A DNA stretch of 63,922 bases, filler included, from Deltaproteobacteria bacterium (GTDB taxonomy: Bacteria > JAUYMQ01): NCBI GenBank assembly GCA_030698575.1. It is 7 parts of 7 records of this genome, joined end to end, with 100 filler letters (N's around TTAATTAATTAA, not from the genome) between each part and the next. Parts side by side here need not be neighbours in the genome. Positions count along the whole stretch, not along the records: positions 4,379 to 18,279 come from JAUYMQ010000330.1; positions 18,380 to 20,980 come from JAUYMQ010000429.1; 5 more parts are not named here. One strand, 5' to 3'. Positions 10,288 through 20,018 of this stretch are shown one piece after another. The stretch's first letter is position 1, and each line of letters opens with the position of its first letter. Under the pieces are notes generated by a model, which had not been told where the DNA came from, searched no databases, and was given only the letters and a program-made list of their open reading frames with translations. The translations under genes were made by a program, and so were the position numbers.

Positions 10288-11784
10288 ATGATCGTCAGCT
10301 GCGAGTACTGCGCCACCCGCTTCAAGTTCGACGAGCAGCGCATCAAGCCCAAAGGGATCAAGGTCCACTGCTCGCGGTGCCGGCGCACCTTTGTCCTGAA
10401 GCATCCGGACACGCCCGTCGCCCCTGCCGAAACCGAGCAGGTAGCGCCCGATCTGGCCACGCAGGCCGAACTCCCTTCGCCCGTCGTCGACACCGCCGGC
10501 GCGGACTCCGCGGCGTTGTCCGACCCGGAGGTCTTCGAGGACGATCCGCTTGCCGACGTGCCGGGTTTCGACCCCGACGACCTGCCGTCTTCCGTGAACG
10601 ACGCAGCGGCGGAGGAGGAGAAGGCCCTCGAGGCTCTCGCGCGGGATGATCAGCTCGATGCCGGGGTGGCCCAGGCACTCGATCGATTCGGGGCGCCGCC
10701 CTTCGATGCAGGCGAAGGCGAGGAGGAAGCCGCCGGGGAGGACGTGGCGGAAAGTGCCGATCTGTCCGCTGATGCGGATCTCTTTGATGCCGCCGGCTTG
10801 ACAGATGACGAGGCGGGCGAGGAGACAAACGACGATCAAGCGGATCTTCCCTCTCTCGAGGGGGAGGCCGCGAAGGGGGACGACAGCTTCGGCACGCCCG
10901 TGGAATTCGACTGGGATCAGGTCTCGTTCTCGAAGGGGAAGGAAGCCGCGAGCGCCGGCGCCGAGGAGAGCGAAACAGAGCCGGCGGTGGACGGCGAAGA
11001 TGACACATCGTTTTTCACCGAGCCGACAGTCCATGAGAAGCAGGCGCCGCCGAGCCTCGCCTCGGTGGAGGCAGATTCGGCGAAGGCCTTCGAGACCGAA
11101 TCACTGGAGCTCGACCTGAGGAATGTTTCGAGCCGGCCAGGCCTTGTGAAACCGGCCCCCGCGCCGGTCGCCCCCGCCGCGGCCAAGGCTCGTCCGGCGC
11201 CCGCGGTGGATAGTTCCCGCCGTGATGCCGCGGCGACTCCCAAAAAAGCCAAAGCCGTCGTCGTGCCCCCGCTCCGGATGAGGGCGCGGCCGGAGCGCGC
11301 GGCCCTCGCGCTTCCGGGCATCAGCGGCCTGATTCTTTCGATCGGCCTCGGGCTCGTTGCCGCGGGCGCCGGGGCGATACTGGCCTACACGCCCTCCCGC
11401 GGTGGTGCCGAGCTTGTTCGACCGGCGGGGGGCGCCGCCGGAAGCACCGCTCTTTTGGTCGAGGATACCCGCAGCATCACCGTCGATCGCCTTCAGGGGC
11501 CGTCGCTCTACCTGGTCACCGGCAAGGCGCGCTGGAAGGGACCGTCGCAGGCTTTGGCCTACCTCGAGGGGGTCATCACCGACGACGCCGGGAAGATTCT
11601 CGAGCGCCGCCCGGCCCGCCTCGGCGAGTTGCCGAACTGGAAGACGATCGAAGCGGTCGACCCGGATCTCTTCGCCCCCCACACGCCGCTCCCCGCCGAC
11701 GGAGAGACTCCCTTCAGCCTGCTCTTCGCTCCCGATCCGACATGGCGAGGCGAGGTGCACTTCGAGCTGCGCACCGGCGAATGA
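10288..11784 (+). CDS. MJ0042-family zinc-ribbon membrane protein (acidic linker, one TM helix, DUF3426-like C-terminus)
   Basis: MIVSCEYCATRFKFDEQRIKPKGIKVHCSRCRRTF N-terminus, a long D/E/A-rich linker and a TM segment GLILSIGLGLVAAGAGAILAY. Confidence 0.8.
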   Translation: MIVSCEYCATRFKFDEQRIKPKGIKVHCSRCRRTFVLKHPDTPVAPAETEQVAPDLATQAELPSPVVDTAGADSAALSDPEVFEDDPLADVPGFDPDDLPSSVNDAAAEEEKALEALARDDQLDAGVAQALDRFGAPPFDAGEGEEEAAGEDVAESADLSADADLFDAAGLTDDEAGEETNDDQADLPSLEGEAAKGDDSFGTPVEFDWDQVSFSKGKEAASAGAEESETEPAVDGEDDTSFFTEPTVHEKQAPPSLASVEADSAKAFETESLELDLRNVSSRPGLVKPAPAPVAPAAAKARPAPAVDSSRRDAAATPKKAKAVVVPPLRMRARPERAALALPGISGLILSIGLGLVAAGAGAILAYTPSRGGAELVRPAGGAAGSTALLVEDTRSITVDRLQGPSLYLVTGKARWKGPSQALAYLEGVITDDAGKILERRPARLGELPNWKTIEAVDPDLFAPHTPLPADGETPFSLLFAPDPTWRGEVHFELRTGE

Positions 11785-11798
11785 TGCGCAGCTGAATC

Positions 11799-11833
11799 AA
11801 CAAGGCCGATCGCGCCTCGCGATCGGCCTTGTT
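11799..11833. terminator. Probable bidirectional intrinsic terminator
   Basis: Perfect 16-bp stem AACAAGGCCGATCGCG-CCT-CGCGATCGGCCTTGTT between convergent genes. Confidence 0.7.
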
Positions 11834-11864
11834 AATACCGCCTCCGCGAACCCTCAGGTCCGCT

Positions 11865-12077
11865 TCAGCTCGTCGAACCGGGCGTGGAATTCCCGGTCTC
11901 GTCCTCGCCGGTCTTCTTGGGTGTCACGTCGATCTCGTCCGGCTCCTTTGTCGCCTTCTTGAAGGCCTTGATGCTCTTCCCGAGAGCGCCGCCCAGCTCG
12001 GGAAGTCGCCCGACGCCAAAGATGATCACGACCATCAGGAGGATAAGCACCAACTCCCAGATCCCCAGTCCGAACAT
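11865..12077 (-). CDS. tatA: Twin-arginine translocase TatA/E subunit
   Basis: [42 protein letters not shown]. Confidence 0.93.
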   Translation of the reverse strand: MFGLGIWELVLILLMVVIIFGVGRLPELGGALGKSIKAFKKATKEPDEIDVTPKKTGEDETGNSTPGSTS

Positions 12078-12233
12078 GGGCAGTCCCCATAACAGGGATC
12101 CCCTGGAACTCGCGCCATCGTGGCACGCGGGCTTCAGAAACCCCTTGTAATAGTTGAACAAACGCTAGCCCAGGGGCAGGGGGAAGTCAACCACGATGAT
12201 GTGGAGGGGCGCGGCGCCCGCCGGGCCGGTGTC

Positions 12234-12959
12234 TCAGACGAGACTCTGGAGGACATGCCGGTTGATGGCTCGCTGGTCCTTGGTTTCGATGCTGGTGAAC
12301 TTGATTCCCACGCCCGGCGGATAGGACATCTCGGTGTCTGGCCGGTATTCGTTGCGCCAGGTCACAATGCCCTCGGACTCGATGAGGTGCTTCCTGCGCG
12401 GGAGACTGAAGGCGAGCCTCAGCTCGGTGTTCTCCGGGGGAGGCGAGATCGTGCGGAGAAAGAGGCCTCCCGTGGAGATGTTGTAGGAGTAGCCCGAGAG
12501 CTCGGTCTCCTCGATCCGGTAGCGAACGAGGATGTTTTCCTCGATCCGCGGATTCATCCGGAGCTCCCGCTTGTCGGGATAGAGGATCCGGTTGATGCGG
12601 AAGAGAACTTGGTCCAGCGGGGTCTTCTTGCTCATGTAGCCCGCCGCACCCAGTTGCTTCAGCTCCTCCACGTGCTTTTCACGGTAGGCGCTCGAGATGG
12701 CCAGCACCGGGATACCCGCCGTGACCTTGGCCTGCTTCAGTTCACGGAGAACGCCGAAACCGTCCAGCTCGGGCATGCGGATGTCGAGGAGCACGAGGGA
12801 GACGTCCTGCAGCTCGTACTTCAGCTTCCGGACGCACTCAAGACCGTCCGAGGCGACGTGCACCGCGTAGCCGGCATTGTTCAGCATCTCCCGGAGCATG
12901 CGCTGCCAGAGCTTCGAGTCGTCGGCGACCAGAATGCTGATGTTCTGCGAGTTGGCCAT
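12234..12959 (-). CDS. Response regulator receiver fused to PilZ domain
   Basis: ILVADD, LLDIRMPELDG receiver, then RELRMNPR and NISTGGLFL PilZ motifs and PPGVGIKF. Confidence 0.85.
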   Translation of the reverse strand: MANSQNISILVADDSKLWQRMLREMLNNAGYAVHVASDGLECVRKLKYELQDVSLVLLDIRMPELDGFGVLRELKQAKVTAGIPVLAISSAYREKHVEELKQLGAAGYMSKKTPLDQVLFRINRILYPDKRELRMNPRIEENILVRYRIEETELSGYSYNISTGGLFLRTISPPPENTELRLAFSLPRRKHLIESEGIVTWRNEYRPDTEMSYPPGVGIKFTSIETKDQRAINRHVLQSLV

Positions 12960-13060
12960 GATGGCGCCCCTCCCCACCGCCGGGGGTTCTGCGGATTACT
13001 GCACTTGTCTGTGCTTATCGACGCTTTGCCACGAGATCCTGAGTTGGAAGGGGGGGCGGG

Positions 13061-13106
13061 GGGGATTGCTTCGTCGGGCCTGCGGTCCTCCTCGCAATGA
13101 CATGCG
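13061..13106 (-). repeat. Half copy of the REP/RPE-like element at 2263-2353
   Basis: Reverse complement CGCATGTCATTGCGAGGAGGACCGCAGGCCCGACGAAGCAATCCCC differs at only 2 positions from the left arm at about 2259-2304. Confidence 0.8.
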
Positions 13107-13121
13107 GGCGCGGGGCCGGGC

Positions 13122-14696
13122 TTACCTGTCCGGGGCGCCCTGCCCGGTTCGGTCGGGGGGGCGCCACCGTGCCCGGTGAAACAGCAGCAGAACGCCTGCA
13201 AAAACGAGGTATGCGGACCCCAGCAGCACCGGGGCCCGCTCGGCGATGCGCCAGGGGAGGAACATCTCGCCCCCCGGTAGAGGGGAATGGATGATCCCGA
13301 AGAGCGCGGCCAGGGCGCCGGCGGTCATGAAGGCGGCTGCCCGGAGAAGGGCGCCGTCGATGATGAGGGCAAGCGCTCCGCCCCAGAGCAGCGCGCTGAA
13401 GATGAAGCCGCCGGACAGCAGGTGAAGGCTCCGGTAGGTGGCGGCGGTCTCACCCGTGAGGCTGGCGGGGCCGAGGCCGACGTTCGAGAGGGTGGTGCCG
13501 ATCTGGATCACGAGCAGGCTCGCGATTACCGGCAGAAAGGAGAGCGCCACGGCGGGGGCGTGCTTCGGCGGCGAAGCCTGGAACGCCTGCGCGCAGATCT
13601 CGATGCCGATGAAGACAAGGATGGGCGCGACGGCCGCCGCGGGAATGAAGGTCACGAAGAAGGAGAGGTAGCCGAGAAATCCGCCCAGGCCGATGAAGAG
13701 CGCCGTTGCGGCGGTGTAGCCCGCGCGGCCACCCATCTCCTTGTAGGCTGGATGGCCGATGTAGGGCGTGGTCTGGATGACGCCGCCGCAGAGCCCCGCC
13801 ACGAAGGTTGCCAGCCCTTCCGTCATGACCACGTCGCGCGTGCTGTACTCATCTCCCGCCGCGGCGGCCGACTCGGTGTTGTCGATTCCGCCGACGACCG
13901 TCGCGAGGGCGAAGGGAATGGCGATTGGCAGGTAGGGGAGCATGGCGCCCAGCCCGTCGAGAAAGCCCAGCGTCGGCAACGGCAAGGCGGGGTGGAGCAT
14001 CAGCGCCTCCGCCAGCGGGGGGACGAGATGATGCGTGAGACCGGCGGCGCCGAGGGTGTAGAAAGCGACCGTGCCAAGCGCCGCCGCGAGAAAGGCGCCG
14101 GGAAAGGCCGCCGGCAGTGCGATGCGCGCGACCAGGCAGGCCAGCACGATGGAGAGCGAGAGGAAGCCCACCACGGGCTCGCCGAAGATCTCCAGCGCCG
14201 GCAGGAAGGCGATGAGCAGGATTGCGACTGCTGCGATCGATCCGAGGAGCCCCGCCCGAGGAACCACTCGGCGGACCCATTCCGCCGCGTAGGCGCAGAC
14301 CACTTTCAGGAGTCCCATCGACACCATGAGGGCCATGCCGATCTGCCAGGCGAGCGTCTCGTCTCCGGTGGCGCGCAGGGCGGGTCCGAGCACGCCGAAT
14401 GTGAGCCCGAAAAGGCTCGGTGTGTCGATTCCCAGCGGCATGGCCGTCACGTCGTCGCGCCCCTCGCGACGCGCCAGGCGCACGGCCATCCACGTGTAGA
14501 CGAGATCGCCGACGAGCACGCCCACCGCCGTGCCGGGGATGATGCGCGTCAGCACGATCTCCTCCGAGAATCCGAAGATCTCGATCAGGATCCCGGCGAG
14601 GATCACGATCTGCGTCATGTTGTCGAGCATGAGCCCGAAGAAGGCGTTGACGTCTCCCCGGCCCACCCAGGCAACTCTCCGGCCTCCGGCGCTCAC
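13122..14696 (-). CDS. NCS2/AzgA-like (xanthine/uracil/vitamin C) permease-family transporter
   Basis: GDVNAFFGLMLDN, TAMPLGIDTP, ESAAAAGD, TPYIGHPAYKEMGGRAGY and many TM helices. Confidence 0.75.
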   Translation of the reverse strand: MSAGGRRVAWVGRGDVNAFFGLMLDNMTQIVILAGILIEIFGFSEEIVLTRIIPGTAVGVLVGDLVYTWMAVRLARREGRDDVTAMPLGIDTPSLFGLTFGVLGPALRATGDETLAWQIGMALMVSMGLLKVVCAYAAEWVRRVVPRAGLLGSIAAVAILLIAFLPALEIFGEPVVGFLSLSIVLACLVARIALPAAFPGAFLAAALGTVAFYTLGAAGLTHHLVPPLAEALMLHPALPLPTLGFLDGLGAMLPYLPIAIPFALATVVGGIDNTESAAAAGDEYSTRDVVMTEGLATFVAGLCGGVIQTTPYIGHPAYKEMGGRAGYTAATALFIGLGGFLGYLSFFVTFIPAAAVAPILVFIGIEICAQAFQASPPKHAPAVALSFLPVIASLLVIQIGTTLSNVGLGPASLTGETAATYRSLHLLSGGFIFSALLWGGALALIIDGALLRAAAFMTAGALAALFGIIHSPLPGGEMFLPWRIAERAPVLLGSAYLVFAGVLLLFHRARWRPPDRTGQGAPDR

Positions 14697-14706
14697 TGTT
14701 CTCTCC

Positions 14707-16143
14707 TTATCTTGCCAGCCCGGGCCCGGCCTTCACGCGTAGCGGCGCGTGCAGTCTCGCGAGAACGATCTTCTCCGTTCCCGGCCCGAAATCCTCGAGC
14801 ACGTAAAGATGGACCTGGTCCGGTCCGTCGCCCGCCCGCCGTCCCGGGTTCGTGAGCCGCCAGCCGATGGCCGGCCGCCCTCCCGGCGCGCGCTCCGGCG
14901 GATCCGGCGCGGCGTCGTCGCTGAAGAGCAGCGTGGGCGCGGGCGAACGCGTGCCGCGCTTTCCGGCTTTTCGAAACACGGCCAGGAGCGCGCCGTGCTG
15001 CGGCGTCCGGAGCGCCCACCAGGCCGAGGGGAGCCCGTCAAGCGCCTCCTCGACGGGCGTTTCCTTCCCGTCGGCGGGCACGCCTTTCGGGATCGGCGCG
15101 GCGAAAACCGTGCTGCCCTTCGGCGGCTGGAAGTCCCAGTAGAGGCGGGCAGTCACGTCGCGCACGAGAAAGCTCATCGCGCCGGGCACCCCGTCGGGCT
15201 CCTCGATGATGATCCGGTCGGGAAGGTGGATCGTGGTCGACTCCACCCTCGCGTCCAGCCAGGGTCTGAGGCGCACGCGGCGCTCGATCTTCCGGATGGC
15301 CCGCAGCGGGCCGTCGATGACGCCGAGCAGTCGGGCGTCGATGCGATCCTCGTTGCGGCGGAAATCGGCCCCGGGCAGGAAACGGAGGCGGCCTTCGTAA
15401 CGCAGCTTCTCCCGGTCGAGAAGGTTAGGACCGTGCCGCTCGCTCCCCTTCCCGTCGATGGCCAGCTCGGTCATCACGCTGGGAACGAAACGCCCGCCCC
15501 GCCGGGGGTAGAAGATTCGGTAGTAAGGCGTGACGAAGCTGTCGCCGAGCGCGGCGGACGCCGCGTAGGCGCGGACGTCGTCCACGGCCGGGAGCGGAGG
15601 CACCGGTTCGTCGAACTGAAAGAGGTAAGCCCAGCCCCGGTGCCCCGTGACGGGGTCCTGGACCTCCAGCTCCACGCCTGCGATCGTCCCCTTGGGCCAG
15701 GCCGTCCGCGCAACGCGGACACCGAGGTCGCGAGGGCGGAAGACAATCTCGTCTTCCGGCGTGAATAGTCCCTCACCCTCCGCGGCAGGAGATTCTGCGG
15801 CCCCCGCGGGGGCCGGCCAGATCCATCTGCCTCCAGCGTCCCGCTCGTCGATCTGGAAGGGAATGACGGCCCACTCCTCGTCGAGCCGGTAGACCACCAT
15901 GCGCAGGCGGCTGATCGCCACCGGCTCGCCGGGCAGAGCGACCTCTTTCCCTCGCAGAACCACGAGATCGCGGGGGCGGTCGATGCGTGATCGGGGAAGC
16001 TGCGCGCGCATGCGCGCGAAAACGGCGCCCGGGCCTTCCTGCGTGCCACTCGGAGATTCGGCCCAGGCGGAGGTGGGCGGCGCAGCCGCCAGCGTGAATG
16101 CGACCCAACACAAAAACAGAGCGGCGGCCTTAGATGCTCTCAT
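14707..16143 (-). CDS. Hypothetical secreted protein
   Basis: Signal peptide (MRASKAAALFLCWVAFTLAAAPPTSAWA) and a W..IPFQIDER motif. Sits 10 nt upstream of the permease. Confidence 0.65.
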   Translation of the reverse strand: MRASKAAALFLCWVAFTLAAAPPTSAWAESPSGTQEGPGAVFARMRAQLPRSRIDRPRDLVVLRGKEVALPGEPVAISRLRMVVYRLDEEWAVIPFQIDERDAGGRWIWPAPAGAAESPAAEGEGLFTPEDEIVFRPRDLGVRVARTAWPKGTIAGVELEVQDPVTGHRGWAYLFQFDEPVPPLPAVDDVRAYAASAALGDSFVTPYYRIFYPRRGGRFVPSVMTELAIDGKGSERHGPNLLDREKLRYEGRLRFLPGADFRRNEDRIDARLLGVIDGPLRAIRKIERRVRLRPWLDARVESTTIHLPDRIIIEEPDGVPGAMSFLVRDVTARLYWDFQPPKGSTVFAAPIPKGVPADGKETPVEEALDGLPSAWWALRTPQHGALLAVFRKAGKRGTRSPAPTLLFSDDAAPDPPERAPGGRPAIGWRLTNPGRRAGDGPDQVHLYVLEDFGPGTEKIVLARLHAPLRVKAGPGLAR

Positions 16144-16231
16144 AGACGATTATGATCTGCGGCACGAATGTCTTGGCCGCGCGGTTCTACGGAAAGGGCG
16201 AGATGATGGACAAGTAGGGGGAAGGGACTAA

Positions 16232-16690
16232 TTATCGGCTGCGCGTTCGATAGAGAGTTACCGTGCCTGAAAGGCCAATGGTTGCTAGGAACGGTCTGCG
16301 CGTGTTCTTTACGGTTCGATACATCTTTGGTAGTGCGCGCGTGAATGCCTCAGCCATCTTCGCGCCCGTCAAATTTCCGGATGTCAGGATGAATGCACCA
16401 ACTTCGTGCTGGACAATGGCCCGCCACTCAATTTCATTGTGACGGATCCTGCGGTCTTTGGACAGAACGATCCACCCTTGAAGGCCCGCCTCGGTGAGCC
16501 ATATCTCGTCGGGAGTTCCCTGATCAAAACGCTCGTTGTGCGTAATGACAGCCGCGCCACTTTCTCTCAGAGCCTCGGCAATAGTATGCCCGCCCAGGGA
16601 GGCGTCCAGGAAGAAAATGAGTTGTTCAGGCGGCCTTGAGATCGAGCTCGCAGCGGATCGCTTCTTCGATCTCCGCCGCTTCCCGGCCAT
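16232..16690 (-). CDS. VapC45-like PIN-domain toxin
   Basis: FFLDASLG, TPDEIWL..AG..GWIVLSKDRRIR. Overlaps the end of the DUF433 antitoxin gene. Confidence 0.8.
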   Translation of the reverse strand: MAGKRRRSKKRSAASSISRPPEQLIFFLDASLGGHTIAEALRESGAAVITHNERFDQGTPDEIWLTEAGLQGWIVLSKDRRIRHNEIEWRAIVQHEVGAFILTSGNLTGAKMAEAFTRALPKMYRTVKNTRRPFLATIGLSGTVTLYRTRSR

Positions 16691-17348
16691 AGTCCTCCAT
16701 AAGATCCCGGATAGAGTCACCGGCCTTGTAACGTTCGGCGATCACCGAGGTAGGAACGTTTGTGCCTGTAATGACGGGCCTGCCAAAGGCAACTCGAGCA
16801 TCTATCACGACGTTTCTCGGAGCATCCTGGATCGCCTGGCGAGTGAATGGAAAGAGCTTCACCGGTAGACCTTCAGGGTCGCGCTCGATCCTCCTGAGAT
16901 AAGTTTCAAGCGCTTCACGAATGGTGATCTGACCGCCTCTCGTGATGGCGACGAGATCGCCCATGTGGCTAATGAACAAATCCTTTCCATCCGTTTCCAT
17001 CGCTTTCTCTATCAGCGGGTGAACAGTATTGAAGTGCTTTCGGAGGTAGTCGACGGCACGCCGCACATCCGGCAGTGCCACGTGGTGCTGGCGTCGTATA
17101 GCGCCCAGCACGTGCGCCTCGCAGAGGTTGTAAAAGGAAAGTCTGGGGGGTGTGGGTTCCGGAATGCGAATCACCGGCAGCGCCGTTCTCGTGCCCTGCC
17201 GGGTAGCGTAAGGCCGGCCCATGACCCAAGCCCGAAGTGTGGCGGCGGGGAGGCCGAGATAGTGGGCGGCCTCCTTCACGCCGTATACGCCAAGCGAACG
17301 TGGATCAGAGGCGAGTCTTGAATGGGAGCTATTCTTGGGCATTTGCAT
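16626..17348 (-). CDS. VapB45-like antitoxin (HTH plus DUF433)
   Basis: YGVKEAAHYLGLPAATLRAW, LSFYNLCEAHVL, VIDARVAFGRPVITGTNVPT...GDSI...DYG. Confidence 0.85.
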   Translation of the reverse strand: MQMPKNSSHSRLASDPRSLGVYGVKEAAHYLGLPAATLRAWVMGRPYATRQGTRTALPVIRIPEPTPPRLSFYNLCEAHVLGAIRRQHHVALPDVRRAVDYLRKHFNTVHPLIEKAMETDGKDLFISHMGDLVAITRGGQITIREALETYLRRIERDPEGLPVKLFPFTRQAIQDAPRNVVIDARVAFGRPVITGTNVPTSVIAERYKAGDSIRDLMEDYGREAAEIEEAIRCELDLKAA

Positions 17349-17444
17349 CACGTCCCCCGGATAGGCTCGCAAGGACCTGAAGGGCCGTCGCGATCGGCTG
17401 GGGCGGTATTCTGCTCGGGAGCAGTTGTTGTGGCAACAAGAATT

Positions 17445-18278
17445 CTAGCCGGATTCGGACGGCCAGGGATAGGCATCTTGCTTACAGGCCACGTAATTTT
17501 CATCGAGCCTAGGCTCGAGAAGCACGATCGCGGCTATCCGGCGGCCCATGTCGGTGACCTCGCGGGCTTCCTCCAGCCTGAGCGGCCTTCCCAGTAAAGC
17601 GCGCTCTCTATACGAAAGCCATTTTTTGATGACCTGGTAGCCACCGATAACGTAATCCCATACGCGTGAGGGAACATTCTTCCAGTACGCCTCGTTGTTC
17701 AGATAAACGTCGCAAGTGCGCTCCCCGAGGTGCTTCAACGCCTGCTTTGTGGTCAGACCGAGCGCCTTGGCGCCCGCGCTGATGGCTTCCATCTCGTCCG
17801 GCGCATAGTCCCGCGCCAGGATCTTTCCCTTCCCCGGCATTGTGACGCCCCCCTTACCCGAGTGCCCCCAACCGGCGGTCAGAGCCAATCGCTCGGAATC
17901 TGAGCTGATCTGCCCCCCGCCCACACGAAAGATCACGGCAATGCCTTTCAGTTCGGGCCGCAGCTTGCCCGAGGTCACGCCCGGGACAGGGGTTTCCGTA
18001 TCCAGCCGCATTGCGACCTGGTTTCCGAGCTCTGCGGAAGCCAAGAGCGCTTTCTTCGCGCTTGGAAGGGGAATGCGAGGCCAGTCCTGACGAATTCCAT
18101 CCGTGTTATCAGCCAGGTATAGGGGTGAATAACCGATTGCGAGGGCGTGCAACCATATGATCTGAGGGTTGATGGCGCCAGCGCTCTTCTGGTTTTTGTC
18201 AATCGTGGATAGATAGCCGATTGCCCTGGGAGAATAGTTCGGCGAGGTGCTACCGTCATCGCGCGAAGTTTCTTGATA
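17445..18278 (-). CDS. Type ISP restriction-modification enzyme, C-terminal specificity region (5' truncated)
   Basis: HALAIGYSPLY..N...RQDWPRIPLP and YWKNVP..VWDYVIGGYQVIKKWLSYRE. The frame is open to the contig end. Confidence 0.85.
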   Translation of the reverse strand, partial: YQETSRDDGSTSPNYSPRAIGYLSTIDKNQKSAGAINPQIIWLHALAIGYSPLYLADNTDGIRQDWPRIPLPSAKKALLASAELGNQVAMRLDTETPVPGVTSGKLRPELKGIAVIFRVGGGQISSDSERLALTAGWGHSGKGGVTMPGKGKILARDYAPDEMEAISAGAKALGLTTKQALKHLGERTCDVYLNNEAYWKNVPSRVWDYVIGGYQVIKKWLSYRERALLGRPLRLEEAREVTDMGRRIAAIVLLEPRLDENYVACKQDAYPWPSESG

Positions 18279-18279
18279 G

Positions 18280-18379
18280 NNNNNNNNNNNNNNNNNNNNN
18301 NNNNNNNNNNNNNNNNNNNNNNNTTAATTAATTAANNNNNNNNNNNNNNNNNNNNNNNNNNNNNNNNNNNNNNNNNNNN
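18280..18379. other. Artificial contig spacer
   Basis: N44-TTAATTAATTAA-N44. Confidence 0.99.
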
Positions 18380-18725
18380 CGAGCGCCCGCGTGGTCCCTT
18401 CGGTCCCCATCGCCGACGTGACCGTTCCGGCCGAGTCGATGAAGAAGCAGTAGACGTTGAAGCTGGCTGCGGTGATCGAGCCCACCAGCGCAGGCATGTC
18501 TGTCCGAGAGGCCTTGGTGAGCGAGATCCCTTTGACCACGCCGTGCCAGGTGGAGCCAGAGCCGATCTGCGCCGTTGTGCCGCCGCCGGTTGTGATTTCC
18601 AGCCCAGCGGATGAGTGCGACTGGCAAGAGAGCCGGTCGGCGATCGGCGCCAGAATCGCGCGCAGATTTGCGCGATCCCGCTCCGACGCAACGCCGGAGA
18701 GGTAACGGGTGAGTGTGTCGATCAT
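18380..18725 (-). CDS. Phage protein downstream of major capsid (possible head decoration), 3' truncated
   Basis: AAGGAG RBS, a G/S/T-rich product and a position immediately after the capsid gene. Confidence 0.6.
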
Positions 18726-18786
18726 GCGAGACTCCTTAGTGAGAGCGCGGGCAGGAGTCACCTCCCGCCCGTCACGTTGGTTGTGA

Positions 18787-19857
18787 TTAGCTCAGGGTCT
18801 TGGAGCCGACGCTTCCGATCGCCATCCAGCCGTTGTTTTCGATCATCACGGCCTTCCACCAGATGGTGCCGGCGTAGCCGCGCTGACCGTGCGGGTCGGA
18901 CTTCGACTTCTGGCCGGGCGGGAGGTAGGTCGGGTCGAGCGCATCCTTGCCGCGCACCGCCACCTGCGACCACGCGTCCTGCGCCGTCACGATGAGGGTG
19001 TAGACGTCGATGTTGCTGCCCGAGGTCGAGTACAGGCCGGTCGCGCCGACTGCGGCGCCGCCGTCCTGAACCGCCGGGAGGTCGGGCGAGGTGATGAAGC
19101 GGAAGCGCTCCACCTTGCCGATCTCGCCCGGCATCGGCGTGCCGCTCGCGTACTTCTCCGCCGGGGTGAAGTTGGGGATGTCACGGATGTCCGGCTCGAG
19201 GTCGGTGTGGCAGTAGACGGTGAAGCCCGCGGCCACGGCATCCGTGCCGTATGCGCCGCTCGCCTTCAGCACGCTGTTCACCGGCTTGCCGTGGTTCGCC
19301 TGGAGGTTCTTGGAGATCTTGCGGACGAAACCGAGAGTGAGGCCGCCGTTAACGGTCGCGACCGTGGTGCCTGTCCCGCCGTAGTACTGGTTCGTGCAGG
19401 CGCGCAGCGCGCCATAGATGATCATCTCGTTGACGAACGTCACGCGCTCGCCGACCTGAGTGATCATCTCTTTCGGGATGTCGTCCTCATACAAGTCGTA
19501 CGTTTTGTCGGTGAAACCGTAGAGGCAGTCGTACTGCGCCATGACAACCGTCACGTCCATCGGGGTGATGGAGGTCGGGGTCGAGGTCACGCCTTCCTGG
19601 GTCTGGTGCGCCTGGACGATCGTGACGTCACGGTTACCCGTGCCGGCGGTGAAGAACTGGTTCTGGGTGTTCGCGTTCGTCGAGCTCGTGTTGTACGGCA
19701 GGAACCGGCGGGCGACGTAGGTGTCGCTGTTATTCTTCGGGAACCGCACCTGGCGGCCGGCTTTACCCAGCACCTCCATCGGAACGGCGTGGGACAGAAT
19801 CTGGCCCTTGTACTTGTTGAGGCGCCCTGCGTTGAGGGCAAACGTTTGCATTGCCAT
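18787..19857 (-). CDS. N4-gp56-family major capsid protein
   Basis: FPKNNSDT..ARR, EGVT, YCHTDLEPDIRDIPNF.P.EKY, GEIGKVERFRFI, KSDPHGQRGYAG..WW. AAGGAA RBS. Confidence 0.85.
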   Translation of the reverse strand: MAMQTFALNAGRLNKYKGQILSHAVPMEVLGKAGRQVRFPKNNSDTYVARRFLPYNTSSTNANTQNQFFTAGTGNRDVTIVQAHQTQEGVTSTPTSITPMDVTVVMAQYDCLYGFTDKTYDLYEDDIPKEMITQVGERVTFVNEMIIYGALRACTNQYYGGTGTTVATVNGGLTLGFVRKISKNLQANHGKPVNSVLKASGAYGTDAVAAGFTVYCHTDLEPDIRDIPNFTPAEKYASGTPMPGEIGKVERFRFITSPDLPAVQDGGAAVGATGLYSTSGSNIDVYTLIVTAQDAWSQVAVRGKDALDPTYLPPGQKSKSDPHGQRGYAGTIWWKAVMIENNGWMAIGSVGSKTLS

Positions 19858-20018
19858 GGTGTGATTCCTTGTTGAAGTCGGTGTGGGGTGGGCGTGCTGC
19901 GACGCCACCACTTGGAGGTGGACTGCTGCTTCTTTCTCCGGCGACTTGAACGTGGGAGAGCAATGCGCTCGTCGTTGCGGCGAGCTAGATCCTGCGTACT
20001 ACAAAGCGACCAGTTCTT

